DNA from: an uncultured Acidobacteriota bacterium
Lineage (GTDB): Bacteria > Acidobacteriota > Blastocatellia > RBC074
Direction of reading: 5' to 3'
NCBI GenBank assembly: GCA_963796275.1
Contig: CAWCKY010000002.1
Span: forward strand, 128,001 to 192,000
Length of the DNA stretch: 64,000 bases
The notes beneath the pieces were generated by a model. The model ran no database searches, was not told the origin of the DNA, and saw nothing but the letters and a program-made list of their open reading frames with translations. The translations under genes and the position numbers were made by a program. Of this stretch, positions 10,968 to 21,711 are shown in pieces. The stretch's first letter is position 1; each line of letters starts with the position of its first letter.

Positions 10968-12884
10968 CTAAAAGGTGAATAACGTGGCAAGCTCCGAGCG
11001 CAAGTTATGGGTAGCGCGACTTGGAATGCCCCGAAATAGCGGCAACCCGCCGAAGCTGTCAGCTGTGTTGTTAGCGGCGCGCGTGCGGTAATACCCTTGC
11101 TCGAAGGCGAAGGTGACGAACGTATTCAATTTATATTGAATATTACCCGAGAAGAGATCGCTTCGGCCGCGAACGGGAGAGAACTGTCTGGCGTCGCGCG
11201 CATTCGCCTGATCATAACCGTAATACAAATATGCTGTCCAGCCTGCGTTCCGCCCCTCAGGATTGGCCCCGAAGATGCGCGAGAGTGGGAACCCTAATTG
11301 GACGAATCCCCCCTGCGCGCGAACCGGTCTCTGTGGCGCGACGGTGGAAACCCCGTTGAGTAAACCGAACGCGACGGTTGACGCCCCATCAATCGAAATG
11401 CCCGTGGCTATGTTCGACAGCCCTGCCGTGTCGTTAAAGTTTGAGATCAGTTGTCCGCCGAAGTAAAAGCGGAGATCCGAACCGTTGTAATACTTGCCGA
11501 CCAGGGTGATGGCCCGCGTCGGCAGTTGCAGCTCGGCGGTGTAGCCGATACTGCTGCTACCCACTTCCGCGCCGTTGGGGAAGGCCGATTGGAAAGCGGT
11601 GGGCACACCGGCAGCCGTAACAATCGCTTTGCGCCGCGCCTGCTCAAAACTGACGATGAACTGTGCGGGCTCAACCCCTGGCGTCTTATCAAGCTGCCAT
11701 TGTGTGACCATGCGAGCGTCAATCCCCGGGCGCCGCGAATCAGCGCCTTGTCGCTCGCCGAAACCCAACTGGTCGGCGACATTTGCGGGCAGATTGCCGA
11801 AGGCCGGAAAGACGACGGCGAATTCAGGCTGCAATTTCACCGAGCGCGAGCCGCCCAAGTTGTAGTTGAGACCAAAGCGAGTCTGGGGGGAGCGTTCGTA
11901 GATCGTCCCATAACCGAAGCCACCAAAATTGGTATTTTCAATCATGTTCGGCAGAGTTGAGGAAGCGAAGGCGGTATAGTCCTGACCGAAGAGGGCGAAG
12001 CCGGTAAGATTCTCGGTGAGCTGACGATCAATGCGCCCCCAGGCGAGGCGGAGCGAGGGTTGGCTGGAGCGAATCGAAGATATATTACGATTATCGACCC
12101 TGGTAAAGTCGCCCTCGAAATCGAACTCAAGGCGGCCCGTGATGATTGTCTTCGGAGCCGGATCGAGCCACTCGAACTGAGTACCCAAACGAAGGCCGCG
12201 CGCCCTGAGATGAAACTCCGGTGAACCCTTTGGCCCAGTATCTGTGGCCAACAACGGTAATGGGAAGTCATTGCCCTGCGGCGATGATGAAGCATAGATA
12301 ACACTGACCTTGAAGAACCCGTAGGGCTTGAGACGCACACCGGAGCTGAGCTTGATGTCAGGAATAAGACCTTCGCGTTTCGGCGGCTCGACTTGCAAGA
12401 GGCGTATAGGCGCCACAGCGGCGATTACTGGTGGCGAGGCTTCTGATTTCTGGGTGGCCGCTAATGCAGCCGGTTTCTCAATCATAGTTTGCTCAGCCGA
12501 CGGGGTGCCGGCCGGCCCCACGAAAGTTCCAGAGGTGCCATCTCCTGATGGAACGGCGGTTCGGAGGGCATCAAACTCGGCATCAGAGATCATTCCTTTC
12601 GCATGCAACAGGACGATTAAGCGATTGCGTTCCTCATCAGGTTTGCTGCCGGAGGCAATAAGACGCGCCTCTTCGGTGGTCAACAACTCTTTGGACACCA
12701 TTAGGCGGATCAGTGGATCGTTGATGACCGGGCCCGAATCGTCGGTTTTCTCTGACTGCGCGCGTGTCAGCGGAGCAGTCACAAGCAACAAAATGAGAGT
12801 TAATAGTAGGCCGAAAGCTCGCGACATTGCCCCGGCGCCTTTGATGAGCGTCGTCCTGATAAGTTTTATCCTTAACACATCCAT
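10968..12884 (-). CDS. Outer-membrane beta-barrel porin-like protein (DcaP-like)
   Basis: Strong AAGGAGG RBS, signal peptide, helical N-terminal region, alternating beta-strand pattern (LKPYGFFK, GRLEFDFEG), C-terminal FTF. Confidence 0.65.
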   Translation of the reverse strand: MDVLRIKLIRTTLIKGAGAMSRAFGLLLTLILLLVTAPLTRAQSEKTDDSGPVINDPLIRLMVSKELLTTEEARLIASGSKPDEERNRLIVLLHAKGMISDAEFDALRTAVPSGDGTSGTFVGPAGTPSAEQTMIEKPAALAATQKSEASPPVIAAVAPIRLLQVEPPKREGLIPDIKLSSGVRLKPYGFFKVSVIYASSSPQGNDFPLPLLATDTGPKGSPEFHLRARGLRLGTQFEWLDPAPKTIITGRLEFDFEGDFTRVDNRNISSIRSSQPSLRLAWGRIDRQLTENLTGFALFGQDYTAFASSTLPNMIENTNFGGFGYGTIYERSPQTRFGLNYNLGGSRSVKLQPEFAVVFPAFGNLPANVADQLGFGERQGADSRRPGIDARMVTQWQLDKTPGVEPAQFIVSFEQARRKAIVTAAGVPTAFQSAFPNGAEVGSSSIGYTAELQLPTRAITLVGKYYNGSDLRFYFGGQLISNFNDTAGLSNIATGISIDGASTVAFGLLNGVSTVAPQRPVRAQGGFVQLGFPLSRIFGANPEGRNAGWTAYLYYGYDQANARDARQFSPVRGRSDLFSGNIQYKLNTFVTFAFEQGYYRTRAANNTADSFGGLPLFRGIPSRATHNLRSELATLFTF

Positions 12885-13085
12885 GCCGGCATCCTCCTTT
12901 GAGAGTATTTTTACAAATTCGAAAACAGCAAAATGACTTTAGTTGAAACGCTGGGGACGAGTGGCAAACATGGCTTGCGTCGCGTAGCCACCGGGCGCCT
13001 TGATACATCCGGCTAAAATCGGGCGCCGCTATGCGGCGATGCAGCTAGGAGGAGCCTTACATTTTCATCGTTACACTTTGAATAT

Positions 13086-13112
13086 GGCGGAGCTTACCTG
13101 AGTCGCTCCGCC
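13086..13112. terminator. GC-rich hairpin, possible terminator
   Basis: GGCGGAGC-N11-GCTCCGCC followed by a T-rich tract on +. Confidence 0.35.
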
Positions 13113-13582
13113 TGGTCTTTTCATATTTTGCTCATTTTATCTGTTTTTTGCCCATCTCTTCGTCTGTCTTTTGAGAGAAGATGCTTCGTTGATACTTGGC
13201 GGGCTTGTCCTCCCAGGTAATCATATTTTTCGAAAATTTTGGTGGATTTTGTGCGAATCGTGCCCGTCATTGCAGTCGGAGATTGCCTTCGCCTTCTGTC
13301 ACCTGCTCGGCACCGTACGTCTTATGCCAGGCTCAAGCGCATTAAGAGCGCAACTCTTCGGAAAAAATGTTTCGTCTTGGCCAGCCTTGATTGCCGTAGT
13401 GATGGACCGCCTCTAAAGGGAAGAGCCCCGAACGTCTTTCCACATTTTGCTGAAAAATGCTCGATCTTGCGCAATTGTATTGATCGTCGATTTCCGGGGG
13501 ACGGAAATCAATTATTTCTTTTGGAGGCTTCCAGGCCCTATTACTATAAATGACGGGGTTTGCTGTGTCTCATGTTTGCTCA

Positions 13583-15088
13583 TTATTTTGTCAGCTCATG
13601 CTGCGTGGGCAACTTCGCAGTGTTCCAACTACCTCCCAGCGCCAGGATTAATTGGACGCTTTCCGTTATCTGTTGCATTCGAATATTCACCGCGGTTTGT
13701 TGATTGTTTAACAACGTTGTTTGAGCCGTGATCACATTAAGGTAGCTATCGATCCCGAGTCTGTACCGGTCGACGGCTAGCACCAAAAATCTCTCCGATG
13801 ATTTGACCGCGGCGTCCTGTTGCTGCCGTTCTTGCGACAGAATTCGCAACGCTGCGAGGCTGTCTTCCACCTCCTGAAAGGCCGTCAGTACGGTCTCCCG
13901 GTAGTTCGCAACCGTTAAATCATAGTTGGCCCGAGCCTGTTGGGAGACCGCCTTTCGCTCCCCGGCGTCAAAGAGCGTTTGCGCCAGCGAAGGACCCACA
14001 GACCAGATACGACTCGGCCAGATCAACCAATCGGCTATTGATGAGCTTTGGAATCCCGTTGAGCTATTTAGCAAAAGCGCCGGGAAGTATGCTGCTTTCG
14101 CCACTCCGATCCCGGCGTTCGCCTCAGCCACGCGGCGCTCTGCTGCACCGATATCCGGACGTCGCTCGAGAAGCTCAGAGGGAACGCCGAAGGGGATCGC
14201 CGGAGGAGTTGCTTTCAGCGGCTCGACTGGAATCGAGAACGTCGGAGCGGGGTGGCCGATGAGAAGTGCGATCGCATGCCCATATTGAGCCCGCAGTATA
14301 CCGAGATCGGTGGCCTGCGCCTGAGTGGTTTGGAGTTGAGTCTCAGCCTGGGCGACGTCCTGGTCCGATGCGATACCGGTATCGTAGAGAACCTTCGTCA
14401 GGTCGAGCGACTCCCGAAAAGCGATGACAGTTTCATCCAATAGCTGTCTGAGAGCGTCCTGCCCGCGAAGCTGATAATAAACAGTAGCGACCTGCGCGTG
14501 GATGCTGAGACGCGTGTTTTCCAGATCGGCAGCAGTGGCCTGAGCCTCATAGGCGTTCTCCTTGACAATGTTCCGAATACGACCCCAAAGATCAGGCTCC
14601 CAGGAGATATCGATCGGCAGCGCAAGATTTGTGGTTGTAATGCCGGTCGAAATATTTATTTGTCTTCCTGTCGATGATGACCGCGATCTTGTATAGGACG
14701 GAGTTGTCGTCACGAGCGGGAAATACTGTGACCGGGCTTGTTTGACCAGTGCCCGTGCCACCTCATAATTTGCTGCTGCCGCAGCAATGGTCTGGTTTGA
14801 AATATCTACTTGCTCTTCGAGGGCATTCAAGTTCGGATCACCGAACATTTCCCACCAGTTATCGCGAATCTGGTCCTCCTTCGGCTGGGCCACTTTCCAG
14901 CCATCTGTTTCTTTGAAATTCCCCGGTGTGAGCTCCTTGTAGGCCACGGGAGCCTGCACAGTCGGCTTACGATACTTTGGGCCGGTAGTACAAGAATTAA
15001 GTAAACCCAGGGTAAATAGAGAATACGAAACAATCAGTACCGCGAGCGGTAACGAGCGAGTCGTGATTGTTTCGGATTCTCTATTCAT
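13583..15088 (-). CDS. RND outer-membrane factor lipoprotein (NodT/OprM family)
   Basis: Lipobox LNSC; WWEMFGDPNLNAL; SWEPDLWGRIR; ELLERRPDIGAAER; LILALGGSW. Confidence 0.95.
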   Translation of the reverse strand: MNRESETITTRSLPLAVLIVSYSLFTLGLLNSCTTGPKYRKPTVQAPVAYKELTPGNFKETDGWKVAQPKEDQIRDNWWEMFGDPNLNALEEQVDISNQTIAAAAANYEVARALVKQARSQYFPLVTTTPSYTRSRSSSTGRQINISTGITTTNLALPIDISWEPDLWGRIRNIVKENAYEAQATAADLENTRLSIHAQVATVYYQLRGQDALRQLLDETVIAFRESLDLTKVLYDTGIASDQDVAQAETQLQTTQAQATDLGILRAQYGHAIALLIGHPAPTFSIPVEPLKATPPAIPFGVPSELLERRPDIGAAERRVAEANAGIGVAKAAYFPALLLNSSTGFQSSSIADWLIWPSRIWSVGPSLAQTLFDAGERKAVSQQARANYDLTVANYRETVLTAFQEVEDSLAALRILSQERQQQDAAVKSSERFLVLAVDRYRLGIDSYLNVITAQTTLLNNQQTAVNIRMQQITESVQLILALGGSWNTAKLPTQHELTK

Positions 15089-15130
15089 CTTCTAGTAACC
15101 GTAAACTCAAACGATAGGCGCCCTAGTGAT

Positions 15131-18100
15131 CTACTGATAGTCTGTTGCGACACCTCCCGAAATTCGATTTGCCCGTATGCGTGTAACCCACAACCTCAGC
15201 CGATCGAGGTAAAGGTACACAACCGGGGTTGTGTAGAGCGTGAGCATCTGGCTTACGATCAGTCCCCCGACGATGGTGATACCGAGCGGGCGTCTCAACT
15301 CCGACCCGGTCCCGGTGCCCAGTGCGAGCGGCAACGCGCCGAAGATGGCTGCCATAGTCGTCATCATGATTGGACGAAAACGCAGCACGCAGGCCTGATA
15401 GATGGCATCCGCGGGTCTTTTACCTTCATTGCGCTCGGCCGCCAGGGCAAAATCGATCATCATGATCGCATTCTTCTTGACGATACCGATGAGCAGAATG
15501 ATGCCGATCAGTGCGATTACACTGAGGTCTGTCCGGGTGATCAACAACGCCAGCACCGCGCCGACGCCCGCCGATGGGAGGGTCGAAAGAATCGTGATAG
15601 GGTGAACGTAGCTTTCATAAAGAATGCCCAGCACGATATAGACCGCCACCAGCGCCATTGCAATCAGGAGCGGTTCATTCGCCAGTGATGCCTGGAATGC
15701 CTGCAGTGTTCCGGAAAAGCTTCCGTGGATTGTTTCAGGCACACCTATGCCCTGCTTCATCTCCTCTATAACCCTGACAGCATCGCTGAGCGCCACACCC
15801 GGCGCGAGGTTGAATGACAGCGTCACCGAGGGAAACTGCCCTTGATGGTTGACGGCGAGCGGAGCTGTTGTCGGTTCGTAATGTGCGAATGCGCTCAAGG
15901 GAACCATTCCACCGGTACTTGTGGGAAGGTAAATCTCCTTCAACCCCGCAGGGCTCTGCCAGAACCTTGGCTCGACGCCCATCACGACGTAATACTGGTT
16001 CAGTTGCGTATACATGGTCGATACCTGCCTTTGTCCAAAGGCATCGTAGAGCGTATTGTCAATCATCTGCGGCGTGATCCCCATTCTCGACGCCGTCGAT
16101 CGGTCATAGACGAGTGAGGCTTGCAGGCCATTGTTCTGTTGATTGGTATTGACGTCGGTCAGACCGGGCAGCTTCCTCACCTGCTCGAGCAGGACAGGGC
16201 CCCATTTATTCAAATCCTGCAGGTTTTCGCTCTGAATAGTGTATTGATACTGCGCGTTGCTCTGAATCCCACCGATGCGCAAATCCTGCGAGGATTGCAG
16301 GAAGAGCGATGCCCCGGGCACCTGCGCCAGTTGCGGGCGTAATCGGTTGATGACCTGGTCCGCGCTGATCCATCGCTCATTGAGCGGCTTCAACGCGATG
16401 AACATTCGTCCGGTATTCGTTGTGAGGCCTGAGGGACCGCCGCTACCGGTGAAGGCCACTACGTTGGCTACCGCCGGATCGGCTTTAACGATGTCGACGA
16501 ATCGCACCATCCTTAATCGCATCGCCTGAAACGAAGTGTCCTGCGAACCCTGCATGCCGCCATTGATTCGCCCGGTATCCTGCTGCGGAAAGAATCCCTT
16601 GGGCACAATCATGAAGAGATAGATATTCACGCCGACCGTGATCAGAAGAACAACAAGCGTGAAGGCCGGATGTCGCAGCACCAGCCTCAGGCTGCGCTCA
16701 TAGACATCCAATATCCAGGCAAACACCTTTTCGCTTGCCCGATAGAGTCTTCCAAAATCTTCCTCTCGCTGATGCTTGAGCAGCATGGAACACATCATAG
16801 GCGTTGTGGTCAGAGAAATGACGAGAGAAACGAGAATTGCCGCCGAGAGCGTCACGGCAAATTCGCGGAACAAACGCCCGACGATACCCCCCATCAGTAA
16901 GATCGGAGTGAAAACGGCGACCAGCGAAATACTGATCGAGAGCACCGTGAAACCGATCTCCTTTGCCCCCGTCAAGGCAGCTTCCATAGGGCGCATTCCC
17001 TGCTCCAGATGGCGCGCCACGTTTTCGATGACCACAATTGCGTCATCCACCACGAATCCTGTCGAAATAGTAAGCGCCATCAGTGAGAGGTTATCAAGGC
17101 TGTACCCGAACAGATACATCACGCCGAATGTACCGATTAGTGAGACGGGGACCACCACGCCGGGGATAAATGTCGCTCGTACATTTCGCAGAAAGATAAA
17201 GACGACTATGATCACGAGCCCAATTGAGATAACCAGCGTGCGTTCCACATCCTGGACCGATGCTCGGATTGTAGTCGTCTGATCGAGTACGATCGTGAAA
17301 TCGACACCCGCGGGGATGGAGGCTTCTAACTGAGGAAGGGCTTGTCGAACGCCTTCAACGGTCTCGATGATATTTGCACCGGGCTCGCGGAATATAATCA
17401 CCAGGGCCGCCGGCTTTCCATTCGTTATTCCGGCCGATCGTAAATCCTGCACCGAATCTTGCACGTTGGCGATGTCCGACAGCTTGACGGCGGCGCCATC
17501 ACGGAAGCTGATGATCAGCGGACGGTAGTTTTCGGCCCTGAGCAGCTGGTCGTTCGCCGCCAGATCCGAGGTAGTCGTCTCATCCGACATCTGTCCCTTC
17601 GGCCGATTCGCATTCTGTTGGCTCAGCATCGCGCGAACGTCTTCGAGGCTGAGCCCATAGGCATTAAGTTGGGTAGGATTGACGTCGACGCGCACGGCAG
17701 GCAGTGAACTGCCGCCCACAACTACCTGGCCCACGCCCTCAACCTGCGAGAGCTTCTGCTGTACTAGTGTCGATGCAATATCGTAGAGGCGCCCCTGATC
17801 GTAGACCTCCGATGTCAGCGCCACGATCATAATCGGCGCATCGGCGGGATTTATTTTCCGATAGGTCGGATTGTTCGGCAGGTTGGTCGGCAGATACCCC
17901 CTGGCGGCATTGATGGCGGCCTGAACGTCTCTGGCAGCCGCGTCGATATCACGGTTGAGGTCAAACTGAAGTGTGATGCTGGTCGAGCCGAGAGTACTGG
18001 TGGAAGTCATCTCCGTCACCCCGGCGATGCGGCCGAATTGCCGCTCCAACGGTGTGGCGACCGAAGAAGCCATAATTTCAGGGCTTGCTCCCGGCAAACT

Positions 18101-18247
18101 CGCCTGGACTGAAATAGTCGGGAAGTCGATCTGCGGGAGCGGCGATACCGGCAGCACGTTGTATGCGACCACCCCTGCAAGCGCGACTGCCGCCGTCAGG
18201 AGAACGGTGGCCACCGGCCGATGAATGAATGGAGAGGATATGTTCAT
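15131..18247 (-). CDS. mdtC: Multidrug RND permease MdtC
   Basis: MNISSPFIHRPVAT; LPVSPLPQIDFPTI; [13 protein letters not shown]; [15 protein letters not shown]. Follows the mdtB-like paralogue. Confidence 0.9.
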   Translation of the reverse strand: MNISSPFIHRPVATVLLTAAVALAGVVAYNVLPVSPLPQIDFPTISVQASLPGASPEIMASSVATPLERQFGRIAGVTEMTSTSTLGSTSITLQFDLNRDIDAAARDVQAAINAARGYLPTNLPNNPTYRKINPADAPIMIVALTSEVYDQGRLYDIASTLVQQKLSQVEGVGQVVVGGSSLPAVRVDVNPTQLNAYGLSLEDVRAMLSQQNANRPKGQMSDETTTSDLAANDQLLRAENYRPLIISFRDGAAVKLSDIANVQDSVQDLRSAGITNGKPAALVIIFREPGANIIETVEGVRQALPQLEASIPAGVDFTIVLDQTTTIRASVQDVERTLVISIGLVIIVVFIFLRNVRATFIPGVVVPVSLIGTFGVMYLFGYSLDNLSLMALTISTGFVVDDAIVVIENVARHLEQGMRPMEAALTGAKEIGFTVLSISISLVAVFTPILLMGGIVGRLFREFAVTLSAAILVSLVISLTTTPMMCSMLLKHQREEDFGRLYRASEKVFAWILDVYERSLRLVLRHPAFTLVVLLITVGVNIYLFMIVPKGFFPQQDTGRINGGMQGSQDTSFQAMRLRMVRFVDIVKADPAVANVVAFTGSGGPSGLTTNTGRMFIALKPLNERWISADQVINRLRPQLAQVPGASLFLQSSQDLRIGGIQSNAQYQYTIQSENLQDLNKWGPVLLEQVRKLPGLTDVNTNQQNNGLQASLVYDRSTASRMGITPQMIDNTLYDAFGQRQVSTMYTQLNQYYVVMGVEPRFWQSPAGLKEIYLPTSTGGMVPLSAFAHYEPTTAPLAVNHQGQFPSVTLSFNLAPGVALSDAVRVIEEMKQGIGVPETIHGSFSGTLQAFQASLANEPLLIAMALVAVYIVLGILYESYVHPITILSTLPSAGVGAVLALLITRTDLSVIALIGIILLIGIVKKNAIMMIDFALAAERNEGKRPADAIYQACVLRFRPIMMTTMAAIFGALPLALGTGTGSELRRPLGITIVGGLIVSQMLTLYTTPVVYLYLDRLRLWVTRIRANRISGGVATDYQ

Positions 18248-18250
18248 ATA

Positions 18251-18318
18251 TTCAGTTTTCATTTTTCAGTTTCAGTTGGGACGGCTTTATCACTGAAAAC
18301 TGAAACTGAAAACTAAAA
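18251..18318. repeat. Palindromic element (TTTTCAG)n-spacer-(CTGAAAA)n
   Basis: ttcagttttcatttttcagtttcagtt ... actgaaaactgaaactgaaaactaaaa fills the mdtB-mdtC gap. A related copy is at 26633-26710. Confidence 0.75.
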
Positions 18319-21300
18319 CCTCCTCGCAAGCCGATCAAAAAAGAGGTAGATAACCGGCGTCGTATACAAAGTAAGCAGCTGGCTCACCATCAGTCCGCCA
18401 ACGATGGTGATACCGAGTGGCCGGCGTAACTCCGATCCGATTCCCGACCCGAAAGCCAACGCCAGGCCAGCCAGAAGAGCGGCCATAGTGGTCATCATGA
18501 TCGGGCGAAATCGCAGCAGACAGGCTTCATAGATCGCATCGAGCGGGCTCTTGCCGCCATTTCGCTCCGCATCGAGAGCGAAATCGATCATCATGATGGC
18601 GTTCTTTTTAACGATACCTATCAGCAGGATGATGCCAATGATCGCAACCACATCCAGTTCCGACCGGCTGACCATCAGGGCAAGAATGGCTCCAACTCCA
18701 GCCGATGGGAGTGTCGACAGAATCGTAATCGGATGAATGTAGCTTTCATAAAGAACCCCCAGCACAATATAGACTGTCACCAGTGCCGCCAGAATGAGGA
18801 GAGGCTGGTTGGACAGTGAAGCCTGGAACGCTGCAGCCGCGCCCTGGAAGGCGGGCTGAATACTCGCCGGCATACCGATCTCTTTTTGAGCCCCTTCGAT
18901 CGCAGTTATGGCCTCACCCAATGCAGCGCCGGGGGCCAGGTTGAATGAGATGGTGACGACGGGGAATTGCCCTTGATGGTTGATAGACAGGGGCGCGGTC
19001 CCCGACTCAAAATGAGCGAACGCGCTAAGCGGCACTGCTCCATTCGAAGTGAAGGCAGAAGCCTGAGTAAAGACGGAAGCCTGAGCAACTGAAGTTCCAG
19101 TCGCAGATGACGTGGCGAAACCCGGAGCCGGCGCCGGCGCTGCGACTAAACTGGAAGCCTGCACAGCTGAAGTTGTAATCGCAGCCGACGCGGCTAGACC
19201 GGTAGCCGGCATCGGTGTTGCGACTATGCCGGATGACTGCGCAGTTGAAGTTGCAATCGCAGCCGACGCGGCAAGGCTTGTAGCCGGGGTCGCTGCCGGG
19301 ACTATGCTGGATACCTGAGGAGCTGAACCTCCAGCCCCAGAACCTACGCCGGCGAGACTTGCAGCCGGCGTTGCCGCCGGGGCAGCAGAGCGAACATAGA
19401 TGTCATGCAATTTAGCCGGGTTCTTTTGAAAGTCCGGCATCGTTTCCAGAATGACGTGGTACTGGTTCAGCTGTGTGAAAAGCGTCGAGACTTGGCGTTG
19501 ACCGAAGGCGTCGTAGAGCGTGTCAACGATCAAAAGTGGCGTAATCCCCATCCGCGAGGCCGTCACACGGTCGATGACGAGTGATGTTTGCAGGGCACGA
19601 GTCTGCTGGTCGGTGGCCACATCGCGGAGTTGAGCCAGCGCCTTCAGCTTGTCGACTATCTTCGTTGCCCAGGCGTTCAACTCATTCGAGTCGGGGGCTT
19701 CCAGCGTGTACTGATATTGTGTTCGGCTGACCCGATCTTCAATCGTCAAATCCTGCACCGGCTGCATGTAGAGCGTGATGCCGTCGACCTTCGCCAGTTC
19801 CGGCTGCAGGCGGCGGATCACCTCGGCGGCGCTTATTTTGCGATCTTCCAACGGCTTGAGATTGATCAGAATGCGACCGCTATTGAGCGTGGTGTTTGTG
19901 CCATCTACGCCGATGAACGAAGAAAGACTCGCGACCGCCGGGTCTTTCAGAACGACCTGGACGAGCGCCTGTTGTCTCTGTGACATCGCAGGGAACGAGA
20001 TCGATTGCTGTGCCTCCGAGATGCCCTGGATCACGCCTGTGTCCTGCACGGGGAAGAAGCCTTTCGGTACGATGATGTAAAGCCAGATAGTGAGGCCAAG
20101 CATCGCTACAGCTATGAGCAGAGTCGCCGCTTGATACTTCAGAACCCACTGAAGAGTCTTCCCATAGAATCCGATGATGCTTTGAAAGACATGTTCCGAT
20201 GCTCGATAGAGCCGCCCATGATGCGCCTCGGGTTTGTGGCGTAACAATTTGGCGCACATCATCGGCGTGAGCGTCAGGGAGACGATGGCAGAGATGAGAA
20301 TGGTCACGGCGAGGGTGATGGCAAACTCGCGGAATAACCGCCCGACGATGTCTCCCATGAAGAGCAGCGGAATCAGGACGGCGATCAGCGAAATCGTCAA
20401 AGACACAATAGTGAATCCGATCTGCTCAGCCCCCTTCAACGCAGCAGCGAGAGGGTTCTCGCCTGCCTCGACATAGCGAATGATGTTCTCGATCATAACG
20501 ATCGCATCGTCTACTACAAAGCCCGTCGAAATAGTCAACGCCATAAGAGTCAGGTTGTTGAGGCTATAGCCGAGCATATACATCACGGCAAGCGCCCCCA
20601 CGAGAGAGAGCGGCACCGCGACGCCCGGAATGATCGTCGCCGACAGGTTACGTAAAAAGAGAAAGATCACCATCACCACGAGCGCCACGGTTAGCATGAG
20701 ATCGAACTGAACATCCTTGACCGATGCGCGGATCGTAACGGTGCGATCAGTCAGAACCGAAACCTCAATGGAAGATGGCAGGGTCGTCTGCAGCTGCGGC
20801 AAAAGCGCTTTGATCCGGTCGACAACCTCGATGATATTGGCGCCAGGTTGCCGCTGGATGTTGACGATCACTGCCGGAACGTCATTCATCCATGCCGCCT
20901 GCTTGACGTTTTCTACATCGTCAATTACGGTCGCCACGTCCGACAGCACGACCGGCGCCCCGTTGCGATAGGCAACCAAAACGGACCGGTAATCCTTACT
21001 CGTCAAAATCTGATCGTTCGCGTTGATCTGATATGATTGGTGCGGCCCGTCGAGGTTCCCCTTGGCCAGGTTGACGCTCGTCTGTTGCACCGCGGACCGC
21101 AGATCCTCGAGATTGATGCCGTACGATGAGAGTGCCGTGGGGTTCGCCTGAATCCGGACAGCCGGTTTCTGGCCGCCGCTGATGCTCACCAGTCCCACCC
21201 CCGGCAACTGCGATATCTTCTGAGCGAGCCGTGTATCCGCCAGGTCCTGTACCTTTGATAACGGGATGGAGTTCGATGTCAGCGCCAATGTCAGAACCGG

Positions 21301-21711
21301 CGTGTCGGCCGGATTTGTTTTGCTGTAAATGGGCGGAGTAGGGAGATCAGCAGGCAGATAGGTCTGCGCCGCGTTGATCGCCGCCTGCACCTCTTGCGCT
21401 GCCACATCAATATTGATGTCGAGCGAAAACTGCAGAATGATGACGGAGCTGCCGCCCGAACTCGTCGACGTCATCTGATTCAGTCCCGGCAACTGCCCTA
21501 ATTGCCGTTCGAGCGGCGCGGTGACGCCGGTGGCCATGACATCGGGACTGGCCCCGGGAAAGAAAGTCAGGATTTGAATTGTGGGGTAGTCCACTTCGGG
21601 CAACGCCGAAACAGGCAGTTGCCTATATGCCACGATGCCGGCGAGCAGAATGGCCGCCATCAGCAGCGATGTCGCGACCGGCCGAAGGATGAACTGGCGA
21701 GAAGGACTCAC
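18313..21711 (-). CDS. mdtB: Multidrug RND permease MdtB with an Ala/Ser/Thr/Pro-rich insertion
   Basis: [18 protein letters not shown]; [15 protein letters not shown]; [18 protein letters not shown]. Low-complexity insert at about 19046-19390. Confidence 0.9.
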   Translation of the reverse strand: MSPSRQFILRPVATSLLMAAILLAGIVAYRQLPVSALPEVDYPTIQILTFFPGASPDVMATGVTAPLERQLGQLPGLNQMTSTSSGGSSVIILQFSLDINIDVAAQEVQAAINAAQTYLPADLPTPPIYSKTNPADTPVLTLALTSNSIPLSKVQDLADTRLAQKISQLPGVGLVSISGGQKPAVRIQANPTALSSYGINLEDLRSAVQQTSVNLAKGNLDGPHQSYQINANDQILTSKDYRSVLVAYRNGAPVVLSDVATVIDDVENVKQAAWMNDVPAVIVNIQRQPGANIIEVVDRIKALLPQLQTTLPSSIEVSVLTDRTVTIRASVKDVQFDLMLTVALVVMVIFLFLRNLSATIIPGVAVPLSLVGALAVMYMLGYSLNNLTLMALTISTGFVVDDAIVMIENIIRYVEAGENPLAAALKGAEQIGFTIVSLTISLIAVLIPLLFMGDIVGRLFREFAITLAVTILISAIVSLTLTPMMCAKLLRHKPEAHHGRLYRASEHVFQSIIGFYGKTLQWVLKYQAATLLIAVAMLGLTIWLYIIVPKGFFPVQDTGVIQGISEAQQSISFPAMSQRQQALVQVVLKDPAVASLSSFIGVDGTNTTLNSGRILINLKPLEDRKISAAEVIRRLQPELAKVDGITLYMQPVQDLTIEDRVSRTQYQYTLEAPDSNELNAWATKIVDKLKALAQLRDVATDQQTRALQTSLVIDRVTASRMGITPLLIVDTLYDAFGQRQVSTLFTQLNQYHVILETMPDFQKNPAKLHDIYVRSAAPAATPAASLAGVGSGAGGSAPQVSSIVPAATPATSLAASAAIATSTAQSSGIVATPMPATGLAASAAITTSAVQASSLVAAPAPAPGFATSSATGTSVAQASVFTQASAFTSNGAVPLSAFAHFESGTAPLSINHQGQFPVVTISFNLAPGAALGEAITAIEGAQKEIGMPASIQPAFQGAAAAFQASLSNQPLLILAALVTVYIVLGVLYESYIHPITILSTLPSAGVGAILALMVSRSELDVVAIIGIILLIGIVKKNAIMMIDFALDAERNGGKSPLDAIYEACLLRFRPIMMTTMAALLAGLALAFGSGIGSELRRPLGITIVGGLMVSQLLTLYTTPVIYLFFDRLARRF

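Noticed and set aside
12890-13120. Riboswitch (for example Moco or cobalamin) upstream of the porin/ydeP genes
   Set aside because: Hairpins are present but I could not match the conserved core of any family. An Rfam cmscan would be needed.
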